A model generated the notes under the pieces. It was not told the DNA's origin and made no database searches. It worked only from the letters and a program-made list of their open reading frames with translations. 44,015 bases of DNA from Escherichia phage vB_VIPECOTPH05B, in sequence record PQ429080.1. One strand, given 5' to 3'. The translations under genes and the position numbers were made by a program. This document shows, in pieces, positions 19,390 to 28,037 of this stretch; the stretch's first letter is position 1; each line of letters starts with the position of its first letter.

Positions 19390-21858
19390 TCAGCAGAAGA
19401 AGAAAGGTGATTCCAATACCTGCCGGATGTCCAGAGTACCAACCTCAGGCATATCCAGGTCCGTCAAATCCGCCCCGGCGGCTGCCGCCGCGCGAGTGAT
19501 ATCCCCAAGCAGGTCGTGCTCTTCATAGAGGCGCACAAACTGTTCTCGGATGTGTCGGTGCAGAGCGTCAACATCGGCTGCATGTGTAGCCAGGGAGTCG
19601 TGAATCGGCACAATGTCCAGACCCTCGGCGGCACATAGAACCATCATCAAGTGTGTACTATCCAGGCTATGCACAAAGTTCGGGGCAATCCCAGAGGCTG
19701 CCTTGCGCTTGTTGCAGGTCTTGAAATCCCGATTATGCACGCGCATGATTGTGAGGTTCATACAGTCAATTCGTACCCGCACTTCTTCACGCTGTGTGTA
19801 GCGGTTCATTACGAGCCCACCCAGTGGCGTATACCACTGCAGGTGCTGGCTTGCCGGTACACGCCTAGCGAGGTTCTGCAAGTACGACATAACTGCCGCA
19901 GCAGCAGGGTTTGCCTCCTCGATAGCGGCGCGCATACGCGGAGCCAGGTAGCACGACAGATTCCATAGACTGTTAGTGTCGGTACCTTCATACCCCTCAG
20001 CGCAAGCGCCTTCAAAGATGTAGTCACTGCAGCTGCGCACCGTGGCGCTGTAGAAGTAGGTCATACTGGGGCGCTTGGTCATACTGCGGGTGATTTCGTT
20101 CTCTCTCCAGTACGTACTTTGGATAACGAAATCCTCCTTGTCCAGGTCCAGTATCACCTTCTCGTCCGTACGGCGCTTCACGTCCATGTACAGGTCCGCT
20201 TTCTTGTCGTTACCCTCCCAGTACAGGTTCGTTAGACGACCTCCCACAGGGTCTCTCAGGAGCGCTGAGAGGTGTTGCCCACCTGAGTTTGTAGCGTCCA
20301 TAGCAACTGGGATTCGGCTAATATGCTCTTCTGGGCATCCAGAACGCACAGCATTAACCAGATCGATAGCGGCCGCCAGAAAACACCAGGGGCTGTCTGC
20401 CTCGGCAAAAGCATGGCAATCAAACGGTGAAACCACAAGCTCTTCGAGCGCTGCAAAGTTCGCATCAACCCAAGCTGCGCGGTCTTCGAATAGGGTTTTG
20501 TCATAACCAAAGCATGTGGCGACGTGTACCTTGAGCCAGAATAGTCCCCGCTCACCCAGAGGTTTTCCTCTGCCAAACTCAAGAAGGGCTTTCTGCAAAT
20601 CAGAACCTTGGGGGTGCAGCGAGGACTTGAAGTACAGGCGGTAGCGCCAGTCCACACAAGTCGGGAAGTACAGTGCTTTCTCATCTTTGAATTCCTCTGC
20701 CATTTCCAACGTAGTCAGAAGGCTGCGCAGTTGCGATACACGCTTACGGTCGGCGCTGTACCATAGGGACATACGCGTCTTCCACTCACCGAAGCGGTCA
20801 AGCTCTTCCTCGGTGTAGTTCTCTTTCGGAACCCCGTCCAGATACCACTCCGGTTTCGGCTCCGGTACTGAGCGAGGCATACCTATCCCAACACCCAGGG
20901 CCCGTGCTTCTTGCACCAGTTCAAGTATGCGCTTATTAATACGGTATGGGGTTTCCTGTGCCTTATTAAGCGCTTTTTTGATGCCATCCGCGGACTTAAA
21001 TGCTTCCGCTACTTCACGGAGACGAGCTCTGTCAATGTGCGAGTTATGATAGGTTCCGCGATTGTCGATAGTGGTGAGGTACCCACCGTCCCACAGAGTA
21101 GTGTGCTGCACCGGCGGTACCAGCATAGGCGGCTTCATGGTTACAGTGTCAGCGGACTCTACCAGTTTCTGGAAGGCCTCCATAACGTCGTCAGCCGGAT
21201 AGAGCATGCTCAGATTCCCGCTACAGTTCTTCCACTGGAACAGTCCCGTCTCAAACACTGCGGCACACAGCAGACGCCCTACGGAGATGTTCTGGGCATT
21301 GGTCCAAGGCTCGTGCCCGTAGTGTACGTTCTCGGCACTGGCACGGAGCGTACGCAGGATGTGCGTAGGGGACTTCGTACGGCGCTCTGTGAGGTACTCA
21401 TACACGCGGTCCATGTACGCTGGGGCTACGTTGCGTAACTGCAGAGCCAGTAGCTCTGACTGTACGTTTCTGCCTAGTGCGGACATTACAGCCTGTGCAG
21501 TCTGACGGCGACTGGCGGACTCGCCGGGGGCGACGCTGAACGCCTCAAACATTGTGCACAGGCTCAGGGTGGTCAGGACATCCAAGGGGATTAAGCGCAG
21601 GAACCGGCGGTACTTCCCACCTATGCCAGGGGCTTTGACATTTCGCATCTCATCTATAGCGGCAGCAGCCACTTCGTATGCCGAAGTGAGCATACGCTGC
21701 GTCATAGGCAGGTTCATAATACCACCGTTCTGCAACGCGTCCGTAATCAGCTTACGTGCCCGCTCGATTCCGCGAATCTTATAGGCCTCTTCAAGCTCCA
21801 GCTGGCGTTTCACCAGTGCTTCCTCTGGTACTACAACCGTATTCAGGGCGCTAATCAT
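19390..21858 (-). CDS. Single-subunit DNA-dependent RNA polymerase (T7 RNAP family)
   Basis: 822 aa; T7-RNAP-like motifs (VAMDATNSGGQHLSALL; late PNFVHSLD/H-D region); located at the end of the replication block, directly upstream of structural genes. Confidence 0.95.
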   Translation of the reverse strand: MISALNTVVVPEEALVKRQLELEEAYKIRGIERARKLITDALQNGGIMNLPMTQRMLTSAYEVAAAAIDEMRNVKAPGIGGKYRRFLRLIPLDVLTTLSLCTMFEAFSVAPGESASRRQTAQAVMSALGRNVQSELLALQLRNVAPAYMDRVYEYLTERRTKSPTHILRTLRASAENVHYGHEPWTNAQNISVGRLLCAAVFETGLFQWKNCSGNLSMLYPADDVMEAFQKLVESADTVTMKPPMLVPPVQHTTLWDGGYLTTIDNRGTYHNSHIDRARLREVAEAFKSADGIKKALNKAQETPYRINKRILELVQEARALGVGIGMPRSVPEPKPEWYLDGVPKENYTEEELDRFGEWKTRMSLWYSADRKRVSQLRSLLTTLEMAEEFKDEKALYFPTCVDWRYRLYFKSSLHPQGSDLQKALLEFGRGKPLGERGLFWLKVHVATCFGYDKTLFEDRAAWVDANFAALEELVVSPFDCHAFAEADSPWCFLAAAIDLVNAVRSGCPEEHISRIPVAMDATNSGGQHLSALLRDPVGGRLTNLYWEGNDKKADLYMDVKRRTDEKVILDLDKEDFVIQSTYWRENEITRSMTKRPSMTYFYSATVRSCSDYIFEGACAEGYEGTDTNSLWNLSCYLAPRMRAAIEEANPAAAAVMSYLQNLARRVPASQHLQWYTPLGGLVMNRYTQREEVRVRIDCMNLTIMRVHNRDFKTCNKRKAASGIAPNFVHSLDSTHLMMVLCAAEGLDIVPIHDSLATHAADVDALHRHIREQFVRLYEEHDLLGDITRAAAAAGADLTDLDMPEVGTLDIRQVLESPFFFC

Positions 21859-21978
21859 AGGCGCTTAGTCTCCTTGGTTATGTCCGGTACTTCTAACTAC
21901 TGATTGCGACTTACCCAGAGATTGTACATCTCCAGGTAGTTTTTAGCGGCGAGTTCGTCGCCGCGCTCTACTGCTTTC

Positions 21979-21995
21979 TGCCACATCATGTGGCA
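21979..21995 (-). promoter_or_regulatory. Perfect 17-bp palindrome (TGCCACAT-C-ATGTGGCA) upstream of the RNAP gene
   Basis: 8-bp arms; lies 4 nt downstream of the stop of gene 22000..22461 and about 120 nt upstream of the RNAP start. Confidence 0.3.
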
Positions 21996-21999
21996 CCAC

Positions 22000-22461
22000 T
22001 CACTTGGCGTCAATGCACTTACCTCGGTGCTGCTCGTACAGTTCTGAGTACTTGTCGGACTTGGCAATGTCCTGCTCCAGCTTATCCTTGTTCCCGGCGC
22101 GCAGTCTGTACTTGAGCCGATTCCCTAAGCAGTAGCCGTAGAACTGCTCTTGTGTCATGCTGCGTGCAATGACCTCAATCGCCTCCAGGTCCGGGAAGAA
22201 CTGGTAGTGCTGAGGGGAGTTTACTGCGTCAGGCGCTTTCGGAGTACTTTTCGGCAGTCTCGTCGTACTAATCAGTTGGAAGCAGTCAGGGTCCCACGTG
22301 TGACCGTTACAGCCCTCCAGTATTAAAAGGCCGTGAAATGTGTCTGTAACAACAAGAGGGTGCCCGTCCGACATGCCTAGTTCGTGGCAGAATTGAGCCC
22401 AGTGTGGTTTCCTATGTTGTGCAAGGCGCATAACTACATCACCTTCTTTGAACTTACTCAT
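22000..22461 (-). CDS. Hypothetical protein, member 3 of the MSKFK-G-D-VV paralog family; C-terminus DUF3310-like
   Basis: 153 aa; N-terminus MSKFKEGDVVMR shared with two other genes; C-terminal HYQFFPDLEAIEVIARSMTQEQFYGYCLGNRLKYRLRAGNKDKLEQDIAKSDKY recalls the phage DUF3310 pattern (from memory, unverified). Confidence 0.5.
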   Translation of the reverse strand: MSKFKEGDVVMRLAQHRKPHWAQFCHELGMSDGHPLVVTDTFHGLLILEGCNGHTWDPDCFQLISTTRLPKSTPKAPDAVNSPQHYQFFPDLEAIEVIARSMTQEQFYGYCLGNRLKYRLRAGNKDKLEQDIAKSDKYSELYEQHRGKCIDAK

Positions 22462-22880
22462 TTAATAGTCTCCCGTGCTTTGCGTCGTGCCCGGGCCTTG
22501 CGGGCCTTGAGCTTCTGTGCCTGTGCCAATTCTTCCGGCGTCTTGTGCGTATAGTATAGCATATCCGTGGGTTCACGGTCTAAGTAATCGGCGACCCTAC
22601 GTAGAGATTCAGCAATAGCCCTAGAAGATTGCATGCTACCAACAATCCAGCGCCCAGCGGCAGATGCCACTTTGCCTTCCCCTCCATTGCATGAGCGATG
22701 AAGAGCACCCCGAATACGCCCAGTAATATGATCGTGGTCAACGACAACAGAATCACCAGTTACCCCCTTTATTGTGAAGTCCAAAGGTTTGCCACAAAGG
22801 AGGCATATGCCTCCTTGGTCTTTGGCAAGCTTAATAGCCACGGAGCGAATCTGTGCCCGTGTAATCTTACGTAGGCTCAT
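22458..22880 (-). CDS. Endonuclease VII-like (Holliday-junction resolvase type)
   Basis: Cys-rich zinc site plus DHDHITGRIRGALHRSCN motif, basic C-terminal tail; start taken as the first in-frame ATG (M4 of the track ORF), which overlaps the upstream stop as ATGA. Confidence 0.7.
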   Translation of the reverse strand: MSLRKITRAQIRSVAIKLAKDQGGICLLCGKPLDFTIKGVTGDSVVVDHDHITGRIRGALHRSCNGGEGKVASAAGRWIVGSMQSSRAIAESLRRVADYLDREPTDMLYYTHKTPEELAQAQKLKARKARARRKARETIK

Positions 22881-23080
22881 GCAATACAATCCTCCACCGC
22901 CAAGATTCTGCGGTAGGTGCGCTGCACCCTGCGAAGTTGCTTCTTAGTAGGGCGCGCCCAGAAGAACCAGTAGTAGGTTTCGCTAGGGCTACTGACGGTC
23001 CACATGTACGTAAAGGGATATGGGTTGCAGTTTACGCACTCCCGATGCTTTTTACGTGGTGCTTCAACGTTCAAATTCAT
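22877..23080 (-). CDS. Hypothetical protein (67 aa), Cys/aromatic-rich
   Basis: ORF with ATG start, tightly packed between neighbours; CVNCNPYPF may be a small zinc-binding element. Confidence 0.4.
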   Translation of the reverse strand: MNLNVEAPRKKHRECVNCNPYPFTYMWTVSSPSETYYWFFWARPTKKQLRRVQRTYRRILAVEDCIA

Positions 23081-23274
23081 AGTTCAATCTCCCCGACTAC
23101 ATCCAGCAGAGCATTGTCGTGAATGAGAGAATCCAAATGCTCAACCGTTCTTCGATGTGTTTTGGGTGCCCGTTCACGCAGCGCATCCAGAATAGTTTCA
23201 AGTTCATCATGTTTCCCCTCATAGTATAACTCAATCGCCCGCAGGCTCATTTCCTTCGCAGACATCTTCGCCAT
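23077..23274 (-). CDS. Hypothetical protein (about 65 aa from internal ATG)
   Basis: Track ORF extends to 23343 but would overlap the exonuclease 3' end by over 100 nt; the ATG at 23274 has AGGAG about 11 nt upstream. Confidence 0.4.
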   Translation of the reverse strand: MAKMSAKEMSLRAIELYYEGKHDELETILDALRERAPKTHRRTVEHLDSLIHDNALLDVVGEIEL

Positions 23275-24199
23275 TGTCTGGGTGCTCCTGTATCCACTGT
23301 ATATGCTGTTTATGGTACTCGTGCAGCGAATGCACCCAGTCACGTAGACTGGGAGTAGTCAACAGTGACATCAGATACAGATACGCTGAATCTGATTGGG
23401 AGCGTCTCAGCCACAGGCATTCTGCCTCTGCGAGTACGTCTTGGTTGTTTCGAGCATAGGCCGCTACAACGAATTCTGCGGCGTCCTGCTCCGAGGTAAT
23501 AGGGTAGATAGCATCAAAGGCCGTTCGCTTCCCACAGAGCTTCCCATCAAGCAATGTGATGCCTTTGACATTATCCGCGTCATCCCCTGCTAGCATTTGC
23601 CACCAGAAGAACTTAGTGCCGTGCGCTCGTACCGGCATAGCCTGGGTATCGTCCCACTTAATCCAGCCGAATGGGTTATCCAAGGCAGGCCACACGGTTC
23701 CGGTAGGGATATCGAACCGAGCCATAGGGCTTAGCCAGGAATCCTTGTCCTGCGACATCAGGATTCCCCGGTCCCCGAAGCTGTACGAATCCATTACAAA
23801 GAGGTCGTCGGCCTCAAAGTAGTCACTGCTTACCACCTGTATGCCATGCTCAGAATACTGGTCCGGGTTCTCAATCAGGTGCCGCTTCAACGGTGCCTTG
23901 AGTGGCAGCTCCTGACGCTTATTGCGGTTCCCTTGGTACGGCTTAGCCGTAGGCAGGTGCCAGCGCAGGCACTTAGCACACCCCGTAGGCGTCAGATACG
24001 CCACTGCTTCTGAGCAGCCGACCAGGAACATGTCCTCAAGCAGTAGCTGATAGAAGCGGCGGATTGCGGTGTCCAAACGTTTCACTGTAGCGGCAGATTT
24101 ATAAACTGTGAAATCCGCGTCATACAGCAGAATCTTCCCAGAGTTCTGTGGAGCTAACTGCTCCCCGAGCTGGGACAAGTCAACCCCGTTGATAATCAT
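23231..24199 (-). CDS. 5'-3' exonuclease (T7 gp6 / FEN-like)
   Basis: 322 aa; acidic clusters typical of the FEN/PIN-like fold (YDADFTVYK, FEADDLFVMD, GDDADNVKG). Confidence 0.85.
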   Translation of the reverse strand: MIINGVDLSQLGEQLAPQNSGKILLYDADFTVYKSAATVKRLDTAIRRFYQLLLEDMFLVGCSEAVAYLTPTGCAKCLRWHLPTAKPYQGNRNKRQELPLKAPLKRHLIENPDQYSEHGIQVVSSDYFEADDLFVMDSYSFGDRGILMSQDKDSWLSPMARFDIPTGTVWPALDNPFGWIKWDDTQAMPVRAHGTKFFWWQMLAGDDADNVKGITLLDGKLCGKRTAFDAIYPITSEQDAAEFVVAAYARNNQDVLAEAECLWLRRSQSDSAYLYLMSLLTTPSLRDWVHSLHEYHKQHIQWIQEHPDNGEDVCEGNEPAGD

Positions 24200-24357
24200 T
24201 AGCGCCCCGTAATATCACGGGCCTTCTTGTCGGCCCAGTTAACCCAACGCTCTGCCCACTTTGCCTTGCTGAGCTTGTCGCCCAGGTAGCATAGTCCCGC
24301 CAACGGAATCAGTGGGAGAATCAAAGCTACGTAAATTGCGCGAGATACGTACAGCAT
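24199..24357 (-). CDS. Small putative membrane protein (52 aa)
   Basis: Hand-translated (below the 60-aa track cutoff): MLYVSRAIYVALILPLIPLAGLCYLGDKLSKAKWAERWVNWADKKARDITGR; one hydrophobic helix; TAA stop overlaps the exonuclease ATG (TAATG). Confidence 0.3.
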   Translation of the reverse strand: MLYVSRAIYVALILPLIPLAGLCYLGDKLSKAKWAERWVNWADKKARDITGR

Positions 24358-24359
24358 AA

Positions 24360-24557
24360 TTAAATCTCCAGTCTAGCTACTGATTTAGCTGCCAACTTCA
24401 CCTGCTTGCGGGTAGGTTTAGCGGCCCAGCGCACCACATACATGGTGCCAGGGTCGTCCTCCCGGATAAAGGTTACGTACCAGCGGTTGCAGGCATGTTC
24501 AGCATAAGGTGCCATAAAGCTGTGTCTAGGTGCAGACACCTTTACACGTACGCTCAT
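24360..24557 (-). CDS. Hypothetical protein (65 aa)
   Basis: ATG start; tightly packed between two small membrane-protein ORFs. Confidence 0.4.
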   Translation of the reverse strand: MSVRVKVSAPRHSFMAPYAEHACNRWYVTFIREDDPGTMYVVRWAAKPTRKQVKLAAKSVARLEI

Positions 24558-24559
24558 GC

Positions 24560-24721
24560 TTAAATCTCCAAATTGGCGGTAAAAGCACGGATTGCACGGG
24601 TTAGCACAGATACACCCTTTGCGCCGCCTACCACACTAAGCGCCAATGCCATTAACGTCAAGCCAACTGCGAGTAGCGCCAGCGCAGGAACTAAGATTAT
24701 GTAGGATATAAGTTTACGCAT
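24560..24721 (-). CDS. Small putative membrane protein (53 aa)
   Basis: Hand-translated: MRKLISYIILVPALALLAVGLTLMALALSVVGGAKGVSVLTRAIRAFTANLEI; hydrophobic core consistent with one or two TM helices; ATG overlaps the upstream TGA stop. Confidence 0.3.
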   Translation of the reverse strand: MRKLISYIILVPALALLAVGLTLMALALSVVGGAKGVSVLTRAIRAFTANLEI

Positions 24722-25095
24722 CATTCACCCTCCAGTTCAGAAAGCACCAGCACGGTGCCGAGCATGTCCCCGATTACTTCCGGAGTACGCAGACTCTGGT
24801 CTGCATCGTAAATACAGGAACCAATCTCCGCCAGCCCGATGCTGAGCGTGCCCACTACACGGATAATCACGAGGTCATCACCTCGCAGCTTATCGGCATG
24901 TGCCGCCAGGTCGTTGTGCTCTTTGAAGGCAGTGGCGGCCAGCTCCAGGTCCATGCCGTATAGGGCCGCTAACTCATCTAATGCGTTGTAGATATCATCC
25001 AGGCTAATGTTGCGTACACTGTACGCTGCTGAATCATATACTGCAGCACTAACTGTGATAGCCAGATTCTTGTATGCGTCTAATACTTTATCCAT
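24721..25095 (-). CDS. Hypothetical protein (124 aa), acidic
   Basis: ATG start, four nucleotides after the stop of the upstream gene. Confidence 0.45.
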   Translation of the reverse strand: MDKVLDAYKNLAITVSAAVYDSAAYSVRNISLDDIYNALDELAALYGMDLELAATAFKEHNDLAAHADKLRGDDLVIIRVVGTLSIGLAEIGSCIYDADQSLRTPEVIGDMLGTVLVLSELEGE

Positions 25096-25098
25096 TGC

Positions 25099-25353
25099 TT
25101 ATACCCCCAGGAAGTTAACTACTTCATCACGCTTAGCGCGCAGTTTATCGGCCTGCTCGGCATGCTTCGCCGCTTCATCTTTGCTGTGCTTGGAGGCTTC
25201 TACGCGCGCCTCAGATTGAGCGGCCAGACGCACGGCGTCGTCTGCGAACTTAACTGACAGCTGCTCGTTAAACTGCGCTTTGGCATCGGCGCGTTTAGCT
25301 TCTGCTGTGTAGGCTGCACTCAGGAGTTTGATGAGAATGTTGATGATGTTCAT
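25099..25353 (-). CDS. Hypothetical protein (84 aa), likely coiled-coil
   Basis: ATG with GAGGAAG 5 nt upstream; A/K/E-rich heptad-like sequence. Confidence 0.45.
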   Translation of the reverse strand: MNIINILIKLLSAAYTAEAKRADAKAQFNEQLSVKFADDAVRLAAQSEARVEASKHSKDEAAKHAEQADKLRAKRDEVVNFLGV

Positions 25354-25564
25354 AGGCTTCCTCTAAGGCCCCATGCGGGGCCATATTAGTTTAGATTAGT
25401 GTCGTTTAGCTTTGTGTGCAGAGTGCACTTCGGGGCTAGTAGACTTCTCCGAAAGCAGGGAGTCGCGTCTGGCTTTCATATCAGCAACAAGCCCGTTAAG
25501 GCGCACAGCTAAAGATAGCATGTATTCAAGGCTTCTTTGTCTGTTCACGGATACCTCCGGTATA

Positions 25565-26398
25565 TTAGGCTTGAGGTGCAGCAGGCGCTGCTGGCGCTAC
25601 AGGAGCCGCGGGGGCCACTGGAGCAGCTGGGGCTGCCGGTGCTTGCGGTGCAGCGGGAGCCGCCGGTGCAGAAGGAGCAGCAGGTGCCTGCATAGCTGCC
25701 GGACTCGGAACAGAGCCAGCGTTCAGCATAATATCCAGAGCACTGCCCGGGAAGTCAACAGCCTTGTACATGTCTTCCTGAATCCAGTTCTTGCTCTTAC
25801 CGTCGTCGAAGGTGCCTTCGATGTGCAGGCTATCCCAGGTCTCTTTGGTTGGGTTGTTCCACAGGAACAGCTTAATCTCAGAGGCATCCAGGGCTGGCAT
25901 CTTGATAGGCTCGCCGGTGTTCGGGTCGAACTTCGGAATCGGGCGGATACCGGACAGGTCCACGATGTTAGACTTCTTGCCCGCGGCACTGGTGTGCTCA
26001 TCAATCGGGAAGGTGAAGGCCTGCCCCAGACGCTGTGCCGCATGCTTAATGCTGTTGTCGTAATTGAGCTTGTCGAAGAACTTCTTGAAGCCTGCTCGCT
26101 CAAAGTTACTGATAGCCATCGGGTACGGGCGGATACGCTTCACTTCGCCGTTAGGGCCGAACACTACAATGCCAATGCGTACGTTAGACACTGCAGGCTT
26201 ACCAGTAGGCTTACCACCCTTAGTCGGCAGGCGCTTACCGATTTCCACGTACTCGGTGAAGTAGCCGTAGTACTCACCCTTCGGAAGCAGCACATCCTCG
26301 TACGCACCACCCTGTGAGGTCTCGGTCATATCAACATCTTGCGTTTCGATCGCAGCAGCTACCAGGGAGTTCAGAGTGTCCAGTGCATTCATAGTCAT
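25565..26398 (-). CDS. Hypothetical protein with C-terminal Ala-Pro repeat tail (possible ssDNA-binding protein)
   Basis: 277 aa; GAGGA 10 nt upstream of ATG; ends in about 40 residues of (A/P/Q/V/S) repeats; sits in the replication block where T7-like phages encode SSB, but no diagnostic motif was recognised. Confidence 0.5.
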   Translation of the reverse strand: MTMNALDTLNSLVAAAIETQDVDMTETSQGGAYEDVLLPKGEYYGYFTEYVEIGKRLPTKGGKPTGKPAVSNVRIGIVVFGPNGEVKRIRPYPMAISNFERAGFKKFFDKLNYDNSIKHAAQRLGQAFTFPIDEHTSAAGKKSNIVDLSGIRPIPKFDPNTGEPIKMPALDASEIKLFLWNNPTKETWDSLHIEGTFDDGKSKNWIQEDMYKAVDFPGSALDIMLNAGSVPSPAAMQAPAAPSAPAAPAAPQAPAAPAAPVAPAAPVAPAAPAAPQA

Positions 26399-26453
26399 AT
26401 AATTACGTCCTCGTTTATTTCAAATGATATTTACGTGCAGATGCAGGCCCAAC

Positions 26454-26651
26454 CTAGCGGTTCTTGAGTGCGGACTTAATGCCGATAGCCGCAGCTGCCG
26501 CCACTCCACCCGCCGCCAGAATTGCCAACAGCAAGGCGATGCCGCCGTAGAATGGAAGCAGTACCCACCACCAGGACCAGGCGATAACTCCGGTCAGTTT
26601 CAGGGTTACAAAGATAAGGCCCAGTACAGAACAGATTCCCATTTTCATCAT
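26454..26651 (-). CDS. Small membrane protein (two predicted TM helices)
   Basis: Start taken at the internal ATG cluster (ATGATGAAAATG) just after the phosphoesterase stop, with GAGGTG upstream; sequence GICSVLGLIFVTLKLTGVIAWSWWWVLLPFYGGIALLLAILAAGGVAAAAAIGI. Confidence 0.45.
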   Translation of the reverse strand: MMKMGICSVLGLIFVTLKLTGVIAWSWWWVLLPFYGGIALLLAILAAGGVAAAAAIGIKSALKNR

Positions 26652-26661
26652 CACCTCGATA

Positions 26662-27687
26662 TTATTTAGAACGACCAACCCAACGACCATCGTCGTCGAG
26701 CAGCATCGGAATTAACTGCGGGCAACCCTCAGTGATTACCATCACACCCAGGATTGGTTTCTTGCGGGTGAGCCTGCCATAAGCAAAGGCCATACTCTTG
26801 CGGTCAATTAGACACCCTGCGTACGCCCCGAAGTACAACGCCATGCTGCTAGCCGCATATTGGACCTCGAAGCGGCCATGCTCATGCCCCAACACCAGAG
26901 AGGTGCGCTCATGGGATGCATTGAGCATGAAATCACCGCTGACTTGATGCTGGAACCGTACAGGCCCCAGCGGTGTATTGAGCACCCAAGCATCGGCCCA
27001 CGACCACGCCGGAGCACCGTGCTCAGGGAATAGGATATCCCGGTACTTCTTGATAAATTGCACTGGCAAACCGTGAGCTTTAGCGCGGCGATATACGAGT
27101 GAACCATGATTGGAATCGCAAACCAGTAGGTTCGGGAATAGTTCATGCAGCTCCTCCAGTACGAGCTTGGCTTTCTCCAGCTCAACCCCGGCGCTGTCCA
27201 GGTTAGGGTCAGAGTCATGGAAGCTGATAGCGTGCCCGTCGGTTTCGTCACCAACCTGCACTACCATGTCCGGGCAGTACGCATCACGTACGCTCTCAAG
27301 GAATGGCATAGCGTCTACGTGGGTATACGGAGCGTGCAGGTCTCCTACCACCAGGATGCGGTGGCACATGTCCGGCACCTTTGTATTCCCGATATCGTCC
27401 GTTGGGCTTGGTTGGATTAGCTTACGCGCCGCCTGCAGCCCGCGGTTGGCACTGGCCTTGCTGCCCTTGTTATCCATGAATATGCTGCGCCAGTAGCGCA
27501 CAAGCTGGCGGGATACACTAATGTCCGTATCCACATCCCCACGGTTGTCCAGCTCCTGGTTGTAGTACTGCGCGGCCAGGGCGTTGTCAAGGTACTGACC
27601 TAGGATTGCCTGGTGCTGCTCTTTGGTGAATAGTTTTATTAGACTGACTCTAGCCAAGGTTGCCTCTCTTGTGTTGTTCCTACTCAT
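26662..27687 (-). CDS. Calcineurin-like metallophosphoesterase with an N-terminal extension of about 100 aa
   Basis: 341 aa; motifs VVGDLHAPY, GDETDGH, DSNHG, GHEHGRF match the metallophosphatase signature; no obvious SD before the ATG. Confidence 0.75.
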   Translation of the reverse strand: MSRNNTREATLARVSLIKLFTKEQHQAILGQYLDNALAAQYYNQELDNRGDVDTDISVSRQLVRYWRSIFMDNKGSKASANRGLQAARKLIQPSPTDDIGNTKVPDMCHRILVVGDLHAPYTHVDAMPFLESVRDAYCPDMVVQVGDETDGHAISFHDSDPNLDSAGVELEKAKLVLEELHELFPNLLVCDSNHGSLVYRRAKAHGLPVQFIKKYRDILFPEHGAPAWSWADAWVLNTPLGPVRFQHQVSGDFMLNASHERTSLVLGHEHGRFEVQYAASSMALYFGAYAGCLIDRKSMAFAYGRLTRKKPILGVMVITEGCPQLIPMLLDDDGRWVGRSK

Positions 27688-27818
27688 ATCACATTAATTT
27701 GCTGAGAATCACAGAATCAAGCCAGAGTCAACAAATAATTTTATTTAATTATTTAGTTGACCCTAGTGTATTTCCATGCTACCCTAACCCCCTACACCAC
27801 TCAAGGATCCACCTATCA
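27688..27818 (-). promoter_or_regulatory. AT-rich intergenic region with imperfect inverted repeat (GTCAACAAATAA ... TTATTTAGTTGAC)
   Basis: 131 bp with no ORF in a genome where most genes overlap; AT content well above the rest; repeat arms at about 27727..27738 and 27749..27761; TTGACT/TTGATT -35-like hexamers on the minus strand. Confidence 0.35.
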
Positions 27819-28037
27819 CTATTCCACGATAAGCTTGTACTCCCCGGCGAAGAAGGTAACACCATCCCCTGGTTCTTCTGAACCGCCTGGGTTAACAAGC
27901 TCCACCTCCCACGTGACGGGGTCGTACCCGATAACCCGATGCTGTGTGCCCGGGGCGTAATACAATGCCAGCTTAGGGTCGATTGGCTCTGGCCCAAGTT
28001 CCAACATCTCCACAATACTGCCAGGTTTGATAGTCAT
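27819..28037 (-). CDS. Hypothetical protein (72 aa)
   Basis: ATG overlaps the DNA polymerase stop (ATGA). Confidence 0.45.
   Translation of the reverse strand: MTIKPGSIVEMLELGPEPIDPKLALYYAPGTQHRVIGYDPVTWEVELVNPGGSEEPGDGVTFFAGEYKLIVE

Noticed and set aside
25412-26317. 301-aa plus-strand ORF
   Set aside because: Antisense to the 277-aa replication-block gene and Arg/Cys/Ser-rich in a way typical of out-of-frame translation of GC-rich DNA.
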